Shown here: piece by piece, positions 12,519 through 26,039 of the stretch
Position numbering within the stretch: the first letter of the stretch is position 1
Layout: each line of letters begins with the position of its first letter
NCBI GenBank assembly: GCA_030704615.1
Contig: CM060731.1
Coordinates: 37,696,001 to 37,760,000, forward strand
Reading direction: 5' to 3'
DNA: 64,000 nucleotides
From: Takakia lepidozioides
Lineage: Eukaryota; Plantae; Bryophyta
Made by a program: the position numbers and the translations under genes
The notes under the pieces: generated by a model
What the model saw: only the letters and a program-made list of their open reading frames with translations
Told to the model about the DNA's origin: nothing
Databases searched by the model: none

Positions 12519-15214
12519 CACACTCTTGGGGAATAGGTGATCTCAAAGAATTTAGCCGAGTTGGAACTAGAACTGTAACTAGTTTGTTTGCTCCTTGGTC
12601 CCTCTTCACGCAAGGATGCCAGGGGATTTGGAAGTTTGGCCTTGGGCAGTCTTGTGCATGAATCGAGTTCCTGGAAAGTTTTGACAGCAAAGTGCATGTG
12701 TCATTGTAAGCCATCTCCTGGTTCGAATTTGGGAAGAGGAATCCGTGTGTACGAAACCAGTACAGGTTTTCCCAGTGATTGAAGATACAGACCGTACCGT
12801 GTAAGGAGCCCTCCAATTTGAAGTGTGTTTGAAATCGGAAGCTGGCACGGATTCAATGTAAAGAGACGTCCATCATTTAAGATGTAAGTGGTTGATAATA
12901 CGTCCAGACGTTTGCAGGACGGGTAAACGTTAAATAGTTTTCAACACTGATAGTCTTTTCTAAGCTGTCCCCATCGTTGACAACGGAAGGATTTGAGTTT
13001 TGATGGCCCATATGCTTGAGCACACATTATCTTCAACACTGCATCCAACAACATCTTGCAATTCATGTCTTCTCCAAGCACTGTTAGTGCTCCAATGGAT
13101 TGTGGTTTCGAGACACTGGCCTTTCCAAGAACAAGTTTAAATATTATGATAGGGGGTGCGTGGTTGATGAGGTTGATTTTGTTCCTGACTTTGCACAATT
13201 TCTGAGAGCTAATGATGGAGCACGACAGTATCTTGTCAACTTTCAGACCCTGCTTGAGCTATGGTGGAAGTGTCCATGTTGCTCACAAGGGTTAAGTGAT
13301 CAAGCTCTTATCTATGCATCTGGTAGTTGACAGATAGAACGAGAGCAGAGCCTCATGACTGACACGTTTCCTTGTGATGGAATTTGCCTACTCTGTATGG
13401 TGGACTTCAGACTTTCCAATTGTACATCCACTGTAATTGCTCCAGAGAGGGAGCTAGCACCCACCAGATCCCATTAAACATCATCGGCCTAGTTACTAAT
13501 CAGCAACTGTAATATCCAATTATCATCAGAAGTCCAGAAAAAGTCAAATCTCAAGTTGTTTGCATGTGCTCACATTCAGAAGGCTCAAGGGAGATGGTGT
13601 ACCCTGAGGATCTCATCCACTGCCCTGTGAAGTTGGTTGAAGTTGTATTCTACATTGCATTCGAATGTCCATCTTTATCTGCTACATTCAAGGTGTTTCA
13701 CATGCAAGGATTGTGCTTGCAAAACTCTAAACCCAATGCAATCTAATGATAAGTACCTGGCCTGGTAACATCTTAGACATCACAAACAAAAGCCATGTCA
13801 ACCAGAAACAGATAATAAAAGAAAGGTCCAAGACCTGGCTTATGACTAAAACCTTTACTTAATGGGGGGGTCAGGAGTCGAGAGATCTGTGGATAACATA
13901 TGAGAGTGATGGCTGGCAGTTCTAGCATGAATGAAGGAATGCACAAAGAGGAAAATATATAGATGAACATATCTACTAAGAAGCTAGCATCTTTATCCCG
14001 TCAGACAGATGCTCTAGCCTCCTTCATACAGACCCAATCATTCCAAATGGTTCTCAGCAGAAACTAACGGGATTGGACCACTCAACTCTAAAGGAAGCAG
14101 AATGATGGAAGTTGAAGCGCACAGAACAAGCAGAGAGGCGCATGTGACAATCTCATCATGTGTGCATGTTTATCCCTCAAGACAGATGCCTAAGACTCCC
14201 CAGTATAGACCCCATGGGATACAGTCCTGATTGGGATGCCTCAATCTAAAGTAAGTAGAATGATGGAAGTTGAAGCACACAGAATAAGGAAAGGGAATAT
14301 TATGGTCTTCGCCACCACAGCGTCATCATGTGTGTGCACAAAAGTGTATTTTTACACATAACCATTTGCACATCTCTTGTGGAGGTTCCTGCTCAATAGC
14401 TGTTGGAACCCGAAAGGCCCATGATCAATGGCTTTTCCCTGGTAGGTGTAACCTACTACTCTTCTCTAGATTTTATACAAAATTACAGAGGCAGAGGGGT
14501 TTCCAGATTGTAGAAACAGCCAATCACAGGGTACCTAACAATGGATAAAATACTGGTGCTGGATGATTGAAAGAAAACTTGTGTATGCACTGAGATCAAA
14601 CTACAATCACATACGGTTTCCAAAGTAGAGGGACAGTAGTCAAGGGAGTAACAAAGGATATTACCTTTATGTATTGCAAATTTCTTTCAGCAACAACCCA
14701 GAATCTCTGGCACATAATATATCAAGTCAGATATGGACTTGTGTGAATTCATCACTCTCTGTAGGTGAGTAAAGATAATAGAAGTGAAACAGGAATTCTT
14801 CAACCTTCTAGCTTGAGAGGACACAGCATTGCTGGAATCGAATCCAGAATCAGAATCCTCAACAGTTTCGTAGCTTGATGTGAGGGAGGGTGCCAATGCC
14901 AGCAATGCCTCCCTGGGTGGTGCCCCTGTGAAAAACTCATCAAACAACCATGCTTGCGCCATGGATGGGAAGTATGCCACCCAATGAACTAGGAGCCTGA
15001 TGTTTGCACCCAAACAAACTTGGGGTACGCACTGACAAAGTGCACAATTACCTGCTTATCCACTACTGCTTTTCGCATAGTTAGTAATGCCATTTTAAAA
15101 CTTGCGTAGGTGATATAATCCCTGTGTAATGCCATGTAAGAAAACTGCTTAGACTTGTACAAAGAGATCACCCTCCAAGAGGCAGAAACCACATCCATCT
15201 TCTTCTCTCTTTTG

Positions 15215-15484
15215 CTAAACTGGTGGGATGCCGTCAGCCGTGGTTATAGGATTGGGTGATTTGAACATGGTCCTTCCATGTCTAAGAATCTCTCGTGCCT
15301 CTGTAAGATCGCGCCTCTCCTCCCTTATTTGCAAACACTTAGACACCGCAAACCACATCCCCACACACACCATTACCCCGCCTAAGACAATACCTACTGT
15401 AGCAACAGGGGTCCATACCCGAACCCCTGCCATACACTTTGAGGCATCAGTACGATCGCACCATGAAAATTTCACCTTCTTCAC
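15215..15484 (-). CDS. Small single-pass membrane protein, unknown family
   Basis: Hydrophobic TPVATVGIVLGGVMVCVGMWFAV followed by charged QIREERRDL; frame open from an acceptor at ~15528; start uncertain. Confidence 0.4.
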   Translation of the reverse strand: MKKVKFSWCDRTDASKCMAGVRVWTPVATVGIVLGGVMVCVGMWFAVSKCLQIREERRDLTEAREILRHGRTMFKSPNPITTADGIPPV

Positions 15485-16759
15485 AAGGTCACTCCTGTCC
15501 TTTGATATTTCCAGTAGTGAAACCCACCTGGGAAACTGTCAGAGATATCCGATGTGTAAGCGCTGCTCCCACCGATCCCCGGTAAAAGTTTCAGAGCTTG
15601 ACAGTGCAGAAACTCCAGTACTCCCGACTCATATCAAGACAAGCAGATGGACGTCCGTAACGCACGGTTGTCATGTGCCATGAATATCCTTGAGTAGGAA
15701 GCGTCTTCAGACCACCAGGAAATTTGGCCACGCTCGCGCGGTCATGGCTGCCCATTCGTCCACTTCAAATCTAAGAAAAAACCCATCTAGGAGATTTTTC
15801 AAACTTTGAATTCCCTCTCATGCGCACCTCTGCCTCCTTCGAACTCGATCCAGCATCTTAGATCTTTTCCACCCTAAATTCTTCCCTTGAGGATGACCAT
15901 TTGCCTCCATCTCCAATTCCTCCCGCTTTCTCTTCTGTCACACTCTCTTGGCATCTTTTGAGTTCTCTTTCCCTACATGGCTCTTACGAAAGCTTTCATC
16001 GCCTCAACGTTCTCTTGTCCCTCTCCTCTAATCACTTTTCTCTCTCCTCTCCCTCACCACACACTATAGCTCGATGTGCTACCGATCATCTCTCTAGGGA
16101 CCTTCGGAAGTATCATCCACAATATCTTTCATCCACAATCGGCTTTGCACCTTGTCTGTCTGCCTCTCACCTTCACAATCAACAACCAGCATCAAATATA
16201 AACCAACGTTAAAATGCGAAAAATCATGCTGGTTTCTGGGAACTTGGGCAGAGAGTAGCTCATGCAAAGACCCAATTTGTTGCTAAGCCCTTGAAACGCA
16301 TCTACTTCAATACTCATTGACTCCCTTCCATTGCTTTCCTGGGCCACATGCATTTGCCATTTATCGCCTGCATCGATGCTGCCACACCATTTTTAGAACC
16401 TTTCTCATCTGGGGAAAGACTACCCATTAGGTAGCTTTTCGGCTGCCTCCTTGGCCAGCTTTGGCACCCACTCAATGAGAATAAGGAATGTGCAAGACAT
16501 GCGGAGATGATTGTCGCTCACGAATGTGCAGGCAAATGTGTGACCAAAGTCTCACACACTGCTTGCTACCTATCCAGACTTACTGTGAAAGTGGTTTGGG
16601 CTACATCCAATTGGTAGGTAGGTGAGTAGGTATGTTCTGGTGATGAGGGAAGTGGCTTCTCAAACGCAGAGAGGGAGAGATTGTACTCATAAGACGTTGT
16701 TTGCCGTAGCCTTGTGGCCATTGACCCCGCGCCCAGTTTGAGCGGGAACAAAAGGGACA

Positions 16760-18890
16760 GAACCTACCTCTGTCAGGGGCTGACGTTGGTAGTAAGACTT
16801 ACCTTCATATATAGAATTAATCCAGGTTTTCCAGATATCCTCTAGAAATCCCTTCACACAAGCATCAATCTGCTGTGTGTGATTTGCCCAAAAACTAGGG
16901 CTCAGGAGGCCTGGGATTTTGGCTCAGCCTCGAGACTTTCAAAGTTGGTAAACAGGGGTACCGGCACAATTCCCTTGATAGATTTGAAGAGAGCGTCTCT
17001 TTGGTGAGAGAACCCCGGACAGTGTATCAGAAAATGAATACTGTCTTCAGATTGCCCACACAACGGGCAATTGCACTCTCCCTTTCCTCTCTGCTTCTGT
17101 TTGCTGTTCAAAGGTAGGCTTCCTGCCCTGAGTTTAAATTTCAGTCCAGTGCCGAGAGTCGGTAGACCCTTGAGGTCATCCAAGATGTCCGCCCCCATGT
17201 CACTGACTGGAAACAAGTTCAGGGAAGTTTTCTGCCTAACTTCATTTTCATCGGACAATCTCATGGCAACAGACATGGCTTTGGACACTACAGCCTCTAA
17301 GTCAGATTTATCCAGCAGGGTCAAGCCTTGCGGATCGAGGTCCAGGTCTAGAGAGGGAGAGAGAGAGAAATGAAATGAAATGGTGCTTTATAACGTCCGC
17401 GGAAAGCTCGTAGAGCTTATGGGACAAAATGGAAGAAAACATGAGAGGAACAAATCCAGAAACCACAATTAATGTTCTAGCGATTGTCTAAGGGTGAAGG
17501 CCTCGTGTAGGTAGGCTGCCACGCATTTTTTATCCTCATAGTGAAAGACATCGTGAGAGTTTGGGTTCCACTGAATAAACAGTGAAATCTCCCACGGATC
17601 TCGTAGTATAGAGGGCAGTAGAAGAAGAAGTGTTCTTCAGTTTCAATTTCCTTGCTGCGCCCTATGCAAGCTGGACATAGGCGGTCCTCCCGTTGCAGGT
17701 TTTCCCATCTGCCAGTCTCTATCCGTAGGTTGTGGGAACCCACCCTGAACCGCCCCAATGCCCTCAAGAGGGAAGGAGATAAGGGTGCTGAAAGGTAATT
17801 TGGTCTCAAGATTCTATCATCGCGGAGCACCAAGAATGTCTCTCGATAGAAGTGGAGCTTTGTCGTGAGATTGGATAGCATCCAAGTTCTCTTGACATGT
17901 AATTCCATAAGCTCTCTCCGAATGAGTCTGTTGCGGTCATGTCTGGATGTGATGTCCACCTCATCTGGGTTCATTGGTAATAGGAAAGCAGTAGAAAGTC
18001 CGTTACGTTGAAATAAACTGTCCACTCGAGCATACCGGGAGTTCCTGAAACCTGCAGCTTTGAGCCTCATAGATGTTGTGAGGGCCCTTGCCACTAGCTC
18101 TTTGGGTGGAAGGGCCTGCAATCTATGGAGAAAGATTGTAAGCCTGAAGAGGGCCTCGGATTGCAATGGTACACATGCGAACTCCGCACCTAGGATCTGA
18201 GATGGAGTTGTGCTCCTGGCGCCAAGCATTGCTTGGAGAAAAGATGACTGTAATGGTTCCAAATTCTTTTCCCACCAGGAGACAGGGACACCAGGTGCCC
18301 AGAACTCACAACCATAGATGGTAGCAGGGCTGACGACGGTGTCAAACAGCCACTTTTTGGTCGGGGGATGCCGCAGATGTATTTGCTTGCATTTGGCCTG
18401 AAGGCGGACGGAGGCCGCCTTACCTTTAGTCAACCTGTCCAAGGCATTGGCTGCAAAGTGAAACTTGGGGGAGTGGATAACCCGACCTAGGTACCGGTAT
18501 GATTTCACAATCTCAATTTCCTGCTGGTTGAAGATGAATCTACGATCAGCCTGGCCATTGAAGACCATGATCTTGGTCTTGCTAAGATTGACCTGCAGAG
18601 GGAGAGAGAGAGTTGAGTTGGCGATGTGAGGGAGCGAGCGATGGATGCCTGCTCGCTGCATGCTGCAAAGCGGAAAGTACACGAGTGCTGGAAATATGTG
18701 AGAGAAGAGCGCGATGAGAGGATAGTCTTGAACGTCGGTGGACAGTGATTCCAGACATCGCGGCAGACTGCGTGTAGGGATGCGCATTCCATGCTGCCCG
18801 CACTCCTTCGGCACCACTCTCGCGACACCATCCTTCGGATTGATCGCGATGGACACAGATTCACGCACGTCCTCAATTATCTTCGGCGGA
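16760..18890 (-). mobile_element. Degenerate LINE 3' region (host element), interrupted by a younger LINE
   Basis: KFKLRAGSLPLN..CPLCGQSEDSIHFLIHCPGFSHQR, a C-terminal CCHC zinc finger typical of LINE ORF2; boundaries approximate. Confidence 0.6.
17368..18596 (-). mobile_element. 5'-truncated RTE-X-like LINE with (CATTT)n tail and ~16-bp TSD
   Basis: VNLSKTKIMVF..YRYLG (end of RT), YGCEFW, FRVGSHNLRIETGRW..CPAC..ETEEHFFFYCPLY; flanked by agagggagagagagag at 17352-17367 and 18597-18612. Clade assignment tentative. Confidence 0.8.
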
Positions 18891-19320
18891 ATTTCTTTTG
18901 TCTGTCTGATTTGCAGGAGTTATGTGAGTAGAATATCCAAGAGTTAGAAACGAATGAAGTTGAAATATGGAAGACAAGATATGATGAGTGACAAGCGATG
19001 TGAAAAATGCTGAAATCTAGAGATGGCTATGGAATCAGCACTCCCAAGGTAGAACTTGGAAGAGCTCTTTCAAAGGGCACTCCCTGGGACCCGCTAGTTC
19101 TCGCTTCCCGAGCAGAAGTTGTAGGGCACTCACTCAACTGCATTCTCCTCTCTACATTAGAATCGTTACAGGAATTGTTGTTTGGGGAACTAGAAACAAG
19201 TAAAGGGTGGATCCCACTTCCAACTGTTGAATGTCAACTATCACTATCTGCGCAATGTTACCAAGACGTGCAATGTTTGCGAACAGGACCGTTACATGTG
19301 AGCTCTAATCTTGTTCTGTT
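18885..19320 (+). repeat. Dispersed repeat, paralogous to ~57039-57545
   Basis: Shared ggcggaatt(t)cttttgtctgtctg...ccaagagttagaaacgaa...aaaatgctgaaatctagaga...cactcaactg...caatgtttgcgaacaggacc. Confidence 0.75.
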
Positions 19321-19528
19321 ATCTTCAGGTTTGCTTTCTTGGATGCCAGGGGTGACAGTCTAGAGAGGTGTCACCGGCAAGTCCACTCGTCTTTGGTAAG
19401 TCTGTCTTCTGCAAGTTTCTTGGAGACAAGGGGTGACAGCCTAGACCGGCAAGACCTTTAAAATGCGTTCACGCAAACCCTTTTCCCTGTGGACATTGCA
19501 GACCCATCTAATTTGAGGACCGTCGCTG

Positions 19529-22500
19529 CTACTTTGCGTATGATGGACTGCTCAAACCAAATGTCTCCCCTATATTTTTAATTCCTTTCAAGAATTCCAC
19601 AAGCCACTGCTCAGCAGCCTTCACGTGCCATTGCAGCCTCCTCATTGCACTCAGTCTGCACTTGTTTGAGCGTAGAGCTCCAGTTTCCTGGCAAATATTC
19701 AGCGAGACTTTGAGTGTCAAGTGCTAATGCAGATCCCTTCCCAAAGTTTGGGACCATATCACCAATTCCTGCTGCAATATGGGCACCCACCTTTAGGAGA
19801 AGACTGAAAATCGTGAGACCACCAATGATGAGTGGACGAATCTTCAGCCCATTCACAATCTGAACCTCTGCAACTTTTTGATCGGGGATTACATGGATAC
19901 CATCCCGGTGTTCACACAATAAATGGAGTTGAACAACAGAATGCCCAGGCAGCACGGATATGAGCTTGCGCTACTGGGGGATGCCTTTAGTAGTGAAGAA
20001 AACATTGCAAGGAACTTGCCGTTGTTGCAGCTGTAAGGATAGATTTATGATTGCGTCAAATTTCAGATACAGTTTTTCCTGCAATCTCCTTTCCATGTTT
20101 TCGATAGTGTGTCTCATCACCTCGCACACGTCATTTACAGTTCTTCTTCCAGTCTCCTCGATTTTGTGCTCCAGTTTTTCAGCCAATCTATCCAATTTTG
20201 CTGACAGACTTCTAAAGGAAGTCACAGTGTGCAGAGGGGGTTGAGGTTCAAGTCCGGTTGATTGTGTACCAGCTTCATGCTCACTGACGCATATTTCAGT
20301 TGCCTTGAATATTTGCTGGTCAAAATCAGCATCAAGTTTTCCAAGCTCTAATAGCCGTATGTTGAACAATTTCTCTGTATCCTTTTCACCCAGTAGATCC
20401 ACAGATAAGTCACTGTTGCCCACCCCCAGAATAGTTTGCCTTTCCTGGGCATCATCCACTTGTTCCCAATTATGCACATGTGCCGGGTCTAGGTTTGCTG
20501 CCAGCAACTCTTCTTTTAGTGTCTCCACCAACACTGCTTGGTTCTTTCTGTGTTTGCATAATAGCAACATCTTCACACACTCAGGCCTCAAAATACCTTC
20601 CACAAGTACAACTCCCATGCACTCCTGACGCGAATTACAGAGATCTTGAATTTGACTCACCACATGATTATGGACATGGTTGAGGATATCCGTGTAACTC
20701 AATGATGACTGTACTAAGACATCAATGAAGAGAGGGCCCATCATGTCGCCACTTAACTCCACCAAGATTTCGATGCCACCAAAGATAACTCTTACAAGAT
20801 TTTTCTCGTTCGTGTAGTCTGGAGAGAGCTTCTGCAATTGTTTTAGGAGTCGGTGGAAGTGATTGTGTAGTTTCACCTGCACACTTAGATGAATTCAGAT
20901 TGAGAAGAAGAACGTTGTAGAGACCAACTAAGCACATCCTCAGCTCTTCAGGCTTTGGCAATGTGTACATATGTACAGAGAATCATAGCTCACAAGATCG
21001 CCAGGTGTAATGGGAAAATGAAGAGGGGGCCTTTCTATCATGGGCAATTGGTCAGATCCACATGGTCTCACATGAAGTGGTGTCTTCCACGGCTTCTGCA
21101 AGTATAAGACAACACGTTGAGCAATGTGACTATGTGACAACTCCAAAATGCATGGAAGCAAACATTAAACTCTATAACTATCACTGGTTACCTGAAGCTT
21201 GGGAAAGAAGCCTGGGTCAGAGTGGTCAGGTCTGGATCTCTACATTGTAGTCTCCGACCCACATATAAGGCTTCTGGCGGGCAGTCTACCCACTTCCACT
21301 CCAATCTCCGTTCACCCTTTGAAACATGGTCATCGTAATTTTTCAACGTTGTTGGGATGAACAATCTTGTCGACTGTGATGTCAAGTTAGACTCTCCAGC
21401 AAGTTTTCAGCTCCTAGATTCTCCTCATAGCAAAGGCCTAACTTTAGCATCAGTCCAATGAGACTTGCAGCTTCCACGCCAAGTGGCATCGAACTTGGCC
21501 TTCTGAAGAACTGAAAGACACTTCTGCAAGGACTTTTCAAGGAGAAGCTCTAGTCCTCCCTTGTCTGCAAAACCATTCTCAAAACTTGATTTCAAGTTGC
21601 TTTCCTCCTCAAAGTTCCTCAACTTGATTATTTGACCCATCACCCCCTTACAGAACCAGTGGGGATTCACAACCACAAAATTCTCTAGATCTATCTCTGC
21701 CTCCGGCTCAAAATATATTATTTCACCCACCTCATGTAAATACTTGGCCACTGCATTGCGCACCTTCACAACAGCTTGCAAACTGGGTAGCTGCAAGGTT
21801 GTTATCTTCTTTTGGATGATTTCACAATAAAAAAAATTCATACTGACCATAGGCCGATCAGGATGCTCTTTGTGTCAATTCTGACAAAGCACTACGCATT
21901 TCCACACATGCTTTATAAACCTGTGGCAGCTTTCCAAAGATCTCCGCACATATCTTTATGAACTCTTTGGCCAAAGGTTTGACCTCCCGAGAAGAGTGAG
22001 CATTAACTTGAAACATCATTGGTAACAAATTAACGTAATCGCGGAAATTATTTGATAACATCTGGACATGTTTCCTCACCAATCCTGTGGCATCAAATGG
22101 CTTGTCGAAGTTGGTGAGAACAACAATCACTTGTGGTCGAAGGTCATATGATCTTATTGTGTTTGAGGCGATAAACCTCAACCAATAAGAAAGTTCAATT
22201 TTTATCGCTTCAGATTGTGTGTGTCCCGTCCCGTTTTTCTATCAAATCGGTTGCATAGCAAAAGAAAACAGCAAGGGCTCCCTTTACTGCTTATATCTGG
22301 AATCATGAAATCGTGAAAAGCATGATACTCCTCTTGGCCTGCAAGATCCCAGATCAAAATTTTACTCTCACCATCATCGATAAAAGGTGTAATTTCTATC
22401 CCTCGTGTCCTTGTTGACCATTCATTAGGGTCTGTGATGCAACCCCTGAAAGGCTTGTGGAGCTCAATCACATCCAGCAAGGGACGCACCATTTTCATAC

Positions 22501-25429
22501 CCACATTAGTCAATGTCAAGCTCCGGGCCATTGACCTCCTTAAAGTAGTCTTGCCTGCAAGGCATAGTAATTTCCACAAATGGTTAACTTCAGATTTAGG
22601 GCTGCGTAACTTAGCATCTTCATGTATTCGCATGTAAAATCCAGTATTGATATAAGCTAGAAGCTTAGAAAGTCATGATTGGCATGCAACTCCAGTCTGA
22701 CCCCAGTGAATACGTGGAATTCTCTCTCAAATTCGTTAGCAGGGTCCACCATTCCAACAGCATGCAAAAATTTGTTATTCAACCATGGACACAAGATTTG
22801 TGAAGAACGAAAGTGCCTAGGGAAAGACTATAACCTCAAACAATGAATTGACATCCAACCATCCATTGCTTTCAATTAGCATTAGTCATGTCTACTGTCA
22901 AAGACTGTATCTGACTGATGGTTCCACTCAGTTTTCTACTGGGCAGAGGAAGCTTATTGGTCTATGTTGAATTTTGAAGGCTGGAGGATACACCCTCCAA
23001 ATTGATGTAGAATGGAGGTGCAGTGAGTAAGTCTTCACAAGAGTTTTCAAGCAAGTTGCGTGCACGACACGCGGACTCCCCATCCATTTAGTTACTCACT
23101 CGTCAAGGGCTAACGCACATGCTATCTGAGATAGGTGTGGCAAATGATCACTTGCCTGAAAATGCATCCCCACAGAGGAAGATCCGTGCAGACGTCTCGG
23201 GCTGCGTGACAGGCAGATCCCGCATCACTGACATGTACTCCTGTGCGCTCCTTTTTAATTGGGCTTTGACAGCTTCATGAAAACCTGCACGCTTCAATGG
23301 CGTGCCTCCCAGCTCTATTACTTTCAACCACACGTTGACTTGTAGAAGATCCATGATTGTCGCAAAAACATGATCCCCTGCCACACCATCACACTCTGAC
23401 AGATCAAGCACCTCAAGAGATTGATTGTTGTGGAGAGATTTCAGTATCGTACACACATTCTCTGCCGACATAGAGGATTCACCGTTGATTCGTAGTTCAA
23501 TAAGGGTCCTGTTAGTGCGCAAAGTCTCGGCGATAGATTGTGCCTCGCTTGTTCCTATCTTGTTGCTCACCCCACCGATGTGGAGGTAAGTAGCGAGTTA
23601 TTGGCCTGCACTCCTTCATCATTGGGTATGAGGGGCCTAAGCAAACATTCCATTCCCTTTGGACCCAATGGATTATTCCATAGATCCAGTCGCTCAAGAG
23701 TTGAATTTTCGGTCAACGTTGTCTCAAAGAAAGCAGCTCCATCCTCTCCCAGATTCGAACACTCCATATGTAAATGCCTTATAGTGGAGTTCTTCTTCAA
23801 CATTTCGCATACGAGTTTTGCTCCTTCGTCCCCGCACCCAAGGCGTCACGAATGGTCAATCCCAAGGTCAATTCCTTCAAGACTGTGTTTTCCCCTAGAC
23901 TTTCGCACAATGCATGAAGCTCATCAATCCACCTCCATCGTATTTTCACAATGATCAAGCTCTTGGCGCTCCCGATGGCATGCATGAGTCTAAGACGAAG
24001 GTATATCCTTTCTCGAAATCCTTTCACATCTTCATAGACATTCTCAAAGTCCAGACATGTTAGTTCAGACCCTTTCAGTGCAGAGATCAGCTTGTCAAAA
24101 CTTTCTCGGAATCCTTGCACATGTTCATTCTCCAAGTCCAGAGATGTTAGCTCAGACCCGTTCAGCGCAGAGATCAGCCTGTCAAAACCTTCCATCACCC
24201 GCATATCCAGTCGTTCGACGTCTTGGCCCCAACGCTCATCCCACCAACGCTCATCCAATTTCGAACTGTCATCCAACCCTACATGGTCATCCAATTTCGA
24301 ACTCTCAGCCGAGACCACATGGTCGTCCAGTTTCCAACTCTCATCTGACCCCACATGGTCATCCAATTTCGAACTCTCAGCCGAGACCACATGGTCGTCC
24401 ACACGCTCTTCCAGCTCCGAACTTTCATCCAACTCCGGATTGTCCTGCTGAGTGACAGGCAGCTGCCACATCACTGACATGGCCTCTTGTGCGTTTCTTT
24501 GTAATCGGGCTTTGACAGCTTATCAAGACCGGAATGCAGTGGAGTGCGTTCCAGACGAATTTCCTTCAACCACGGATTAACTTGAAGAAGATCCATGATT
24601 GCTGCAGACACAAGATCCCCTCCCACACCTATACATTTTGAGAGATTGAGCACTTGAAGAGATCGATTGTTGTGGAGAGATTTGAGTATCGTACAAACAA
24701 TGTTCTCTGGCGACAGAGAGGTTTCACTGGGGATTCCGAGTTCGATAAGGGTCCCGTTTGTGCTCAAAGTACGGGCAGTAGATTGTGCCCCGCTTGCTTC
24801 CATCCTGTTGTAAGACCCACCGATCTTGAGGTAAGTAAGCGAGTTATTGGCTTGGACTTCATCATTGGGTGTGAGGGGGTTAAGCAGACACTCCATCCCC
24901 TTTGGGCCCAATGGATTATCCCATAGACTCAGTCGCTCAAGAGTTGAATTTTGAGTCAACATTGTCTCAAAGAATGCAGCTCCATCCGCTCCCACATTTG
25001 AACCCCACATATTTAAATGTCTTATAGTGCAGTTATTCTTCAACATTTCGCATATAACTTCTGCTCCTTCCTCCCCGCAGCCCACCGCATCACTAACAGT
25101 CAGATACTCCAAGACTGTGTTTGTCCACAGACTACTGCACAACGCATGAAGCTCATCAATCTCCATCCATCGTATTTTTGCATTGATCAAGCTCTTGGGC
25201 TCCCGATGGCGCTCATGAGTCTAACACGAAGGTCTTTCCTGTTTCGAAATCCTTTCACATGTTTATAGTCATTCTCCAAATCCAGGTATCTTAGTTGAGA
25301 CCCTTTCAGGGCGGATATTAGCTTTTCAGAACTTTCCATCACCCGCATATCCATCCGCCTGTCCTTTTCCGTATGGTCATCGAACTCCAGAATCCGACTC
25401 CCATTGTCCTCCAAAATATTATCATCCAT
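19529..25429 (-). pseudogene. TRN1-like: TORNADO1-like Roco protein (RI-like LRRs, Roc GTPase, COR, TRN1 C-terminal region) with many frameshifts
   Basis: RI-type LRRs (NSTLERLDLWNNPLGPKG); P-loop IFLCGDAFSG|KTTL; RTRGIEI; IWDLAGQEEYHAFHDFM; VVVNPHWFC; LHLLCEHRDGIH; LLLKVGAHIAAGIGDMVP; AAEQWLVEFL. Roughly ten frame breaks; intron 22555-23155. Confidence 0.9.
24250..24430 (-). repeat. 36-bp (12-aa) tandem repeat inside the Roco gene
   Basis: DDHVVSAESSKL / DDHVGSDESWKL / DDHVVSAESSKL / DDHVGLDDSSKL. Confidence 0.85.
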
Positions 25430-26039
25430 GTGTCGGAGCCGCAGTACTCAAGAGAACCCAAGTGACAAGCTTTGTTTTCAGGGCTTGCCTCACTATGACT
25501 TCGAGAATAGTAGTACCGCTAACATTGGTGGCCGTAAAGTAATATGAAAACAAAGGATAGACCTCACTTGCGAAGGCTTGTTTTCCTGTCAGAGTCACTT
25601 GTATCACGACACCGCTCTGATTATGTCATATTATGTCTCAAACCGATAAAACCACCTCTTGTCAGCCTAGACAGCGAGCCATGCCCTGAAAGCAACTCTT
25701 CCCCCGACTGCACGTTCACATGTCGCATAGCAACTTGTCTAACTTCAACTTCATCCGTGGCCATAACCTCTTTCAAGCTGGAAAACAAGTTTACACAGCT
25801 GCTCCAGCAGTACCCTCAGATCACTCATCTACTGGTCCAGACCTGCCAGACAGTCAGGAGTACTGTTGCAACAGGAATCTCCAGCAGCCCATGGTGATCA
25901 GAAGCCCCTCACTTGAACTACAGTCAAGCAATTGCTACCACCAACGATTTGGTAAACCTGGCACCCTCGACAAATTTGCTGCATTGCTTTGCTACTAAAT
26001 GACAAATAAGCCGCTTGAGGACTCGCTAGTCCTCGTCCT

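Noticed and set aside
12930-15200. Short ORFs and a ~158-bp local duplication near 14000-14290
   Set aside because: No family could be assigned; probably decayed gene or TE sequence.
17477-18868. 463-aa ORF as a host gene
   Set aside because: It is a chimera across a TSD-defined LINE insertion junction.
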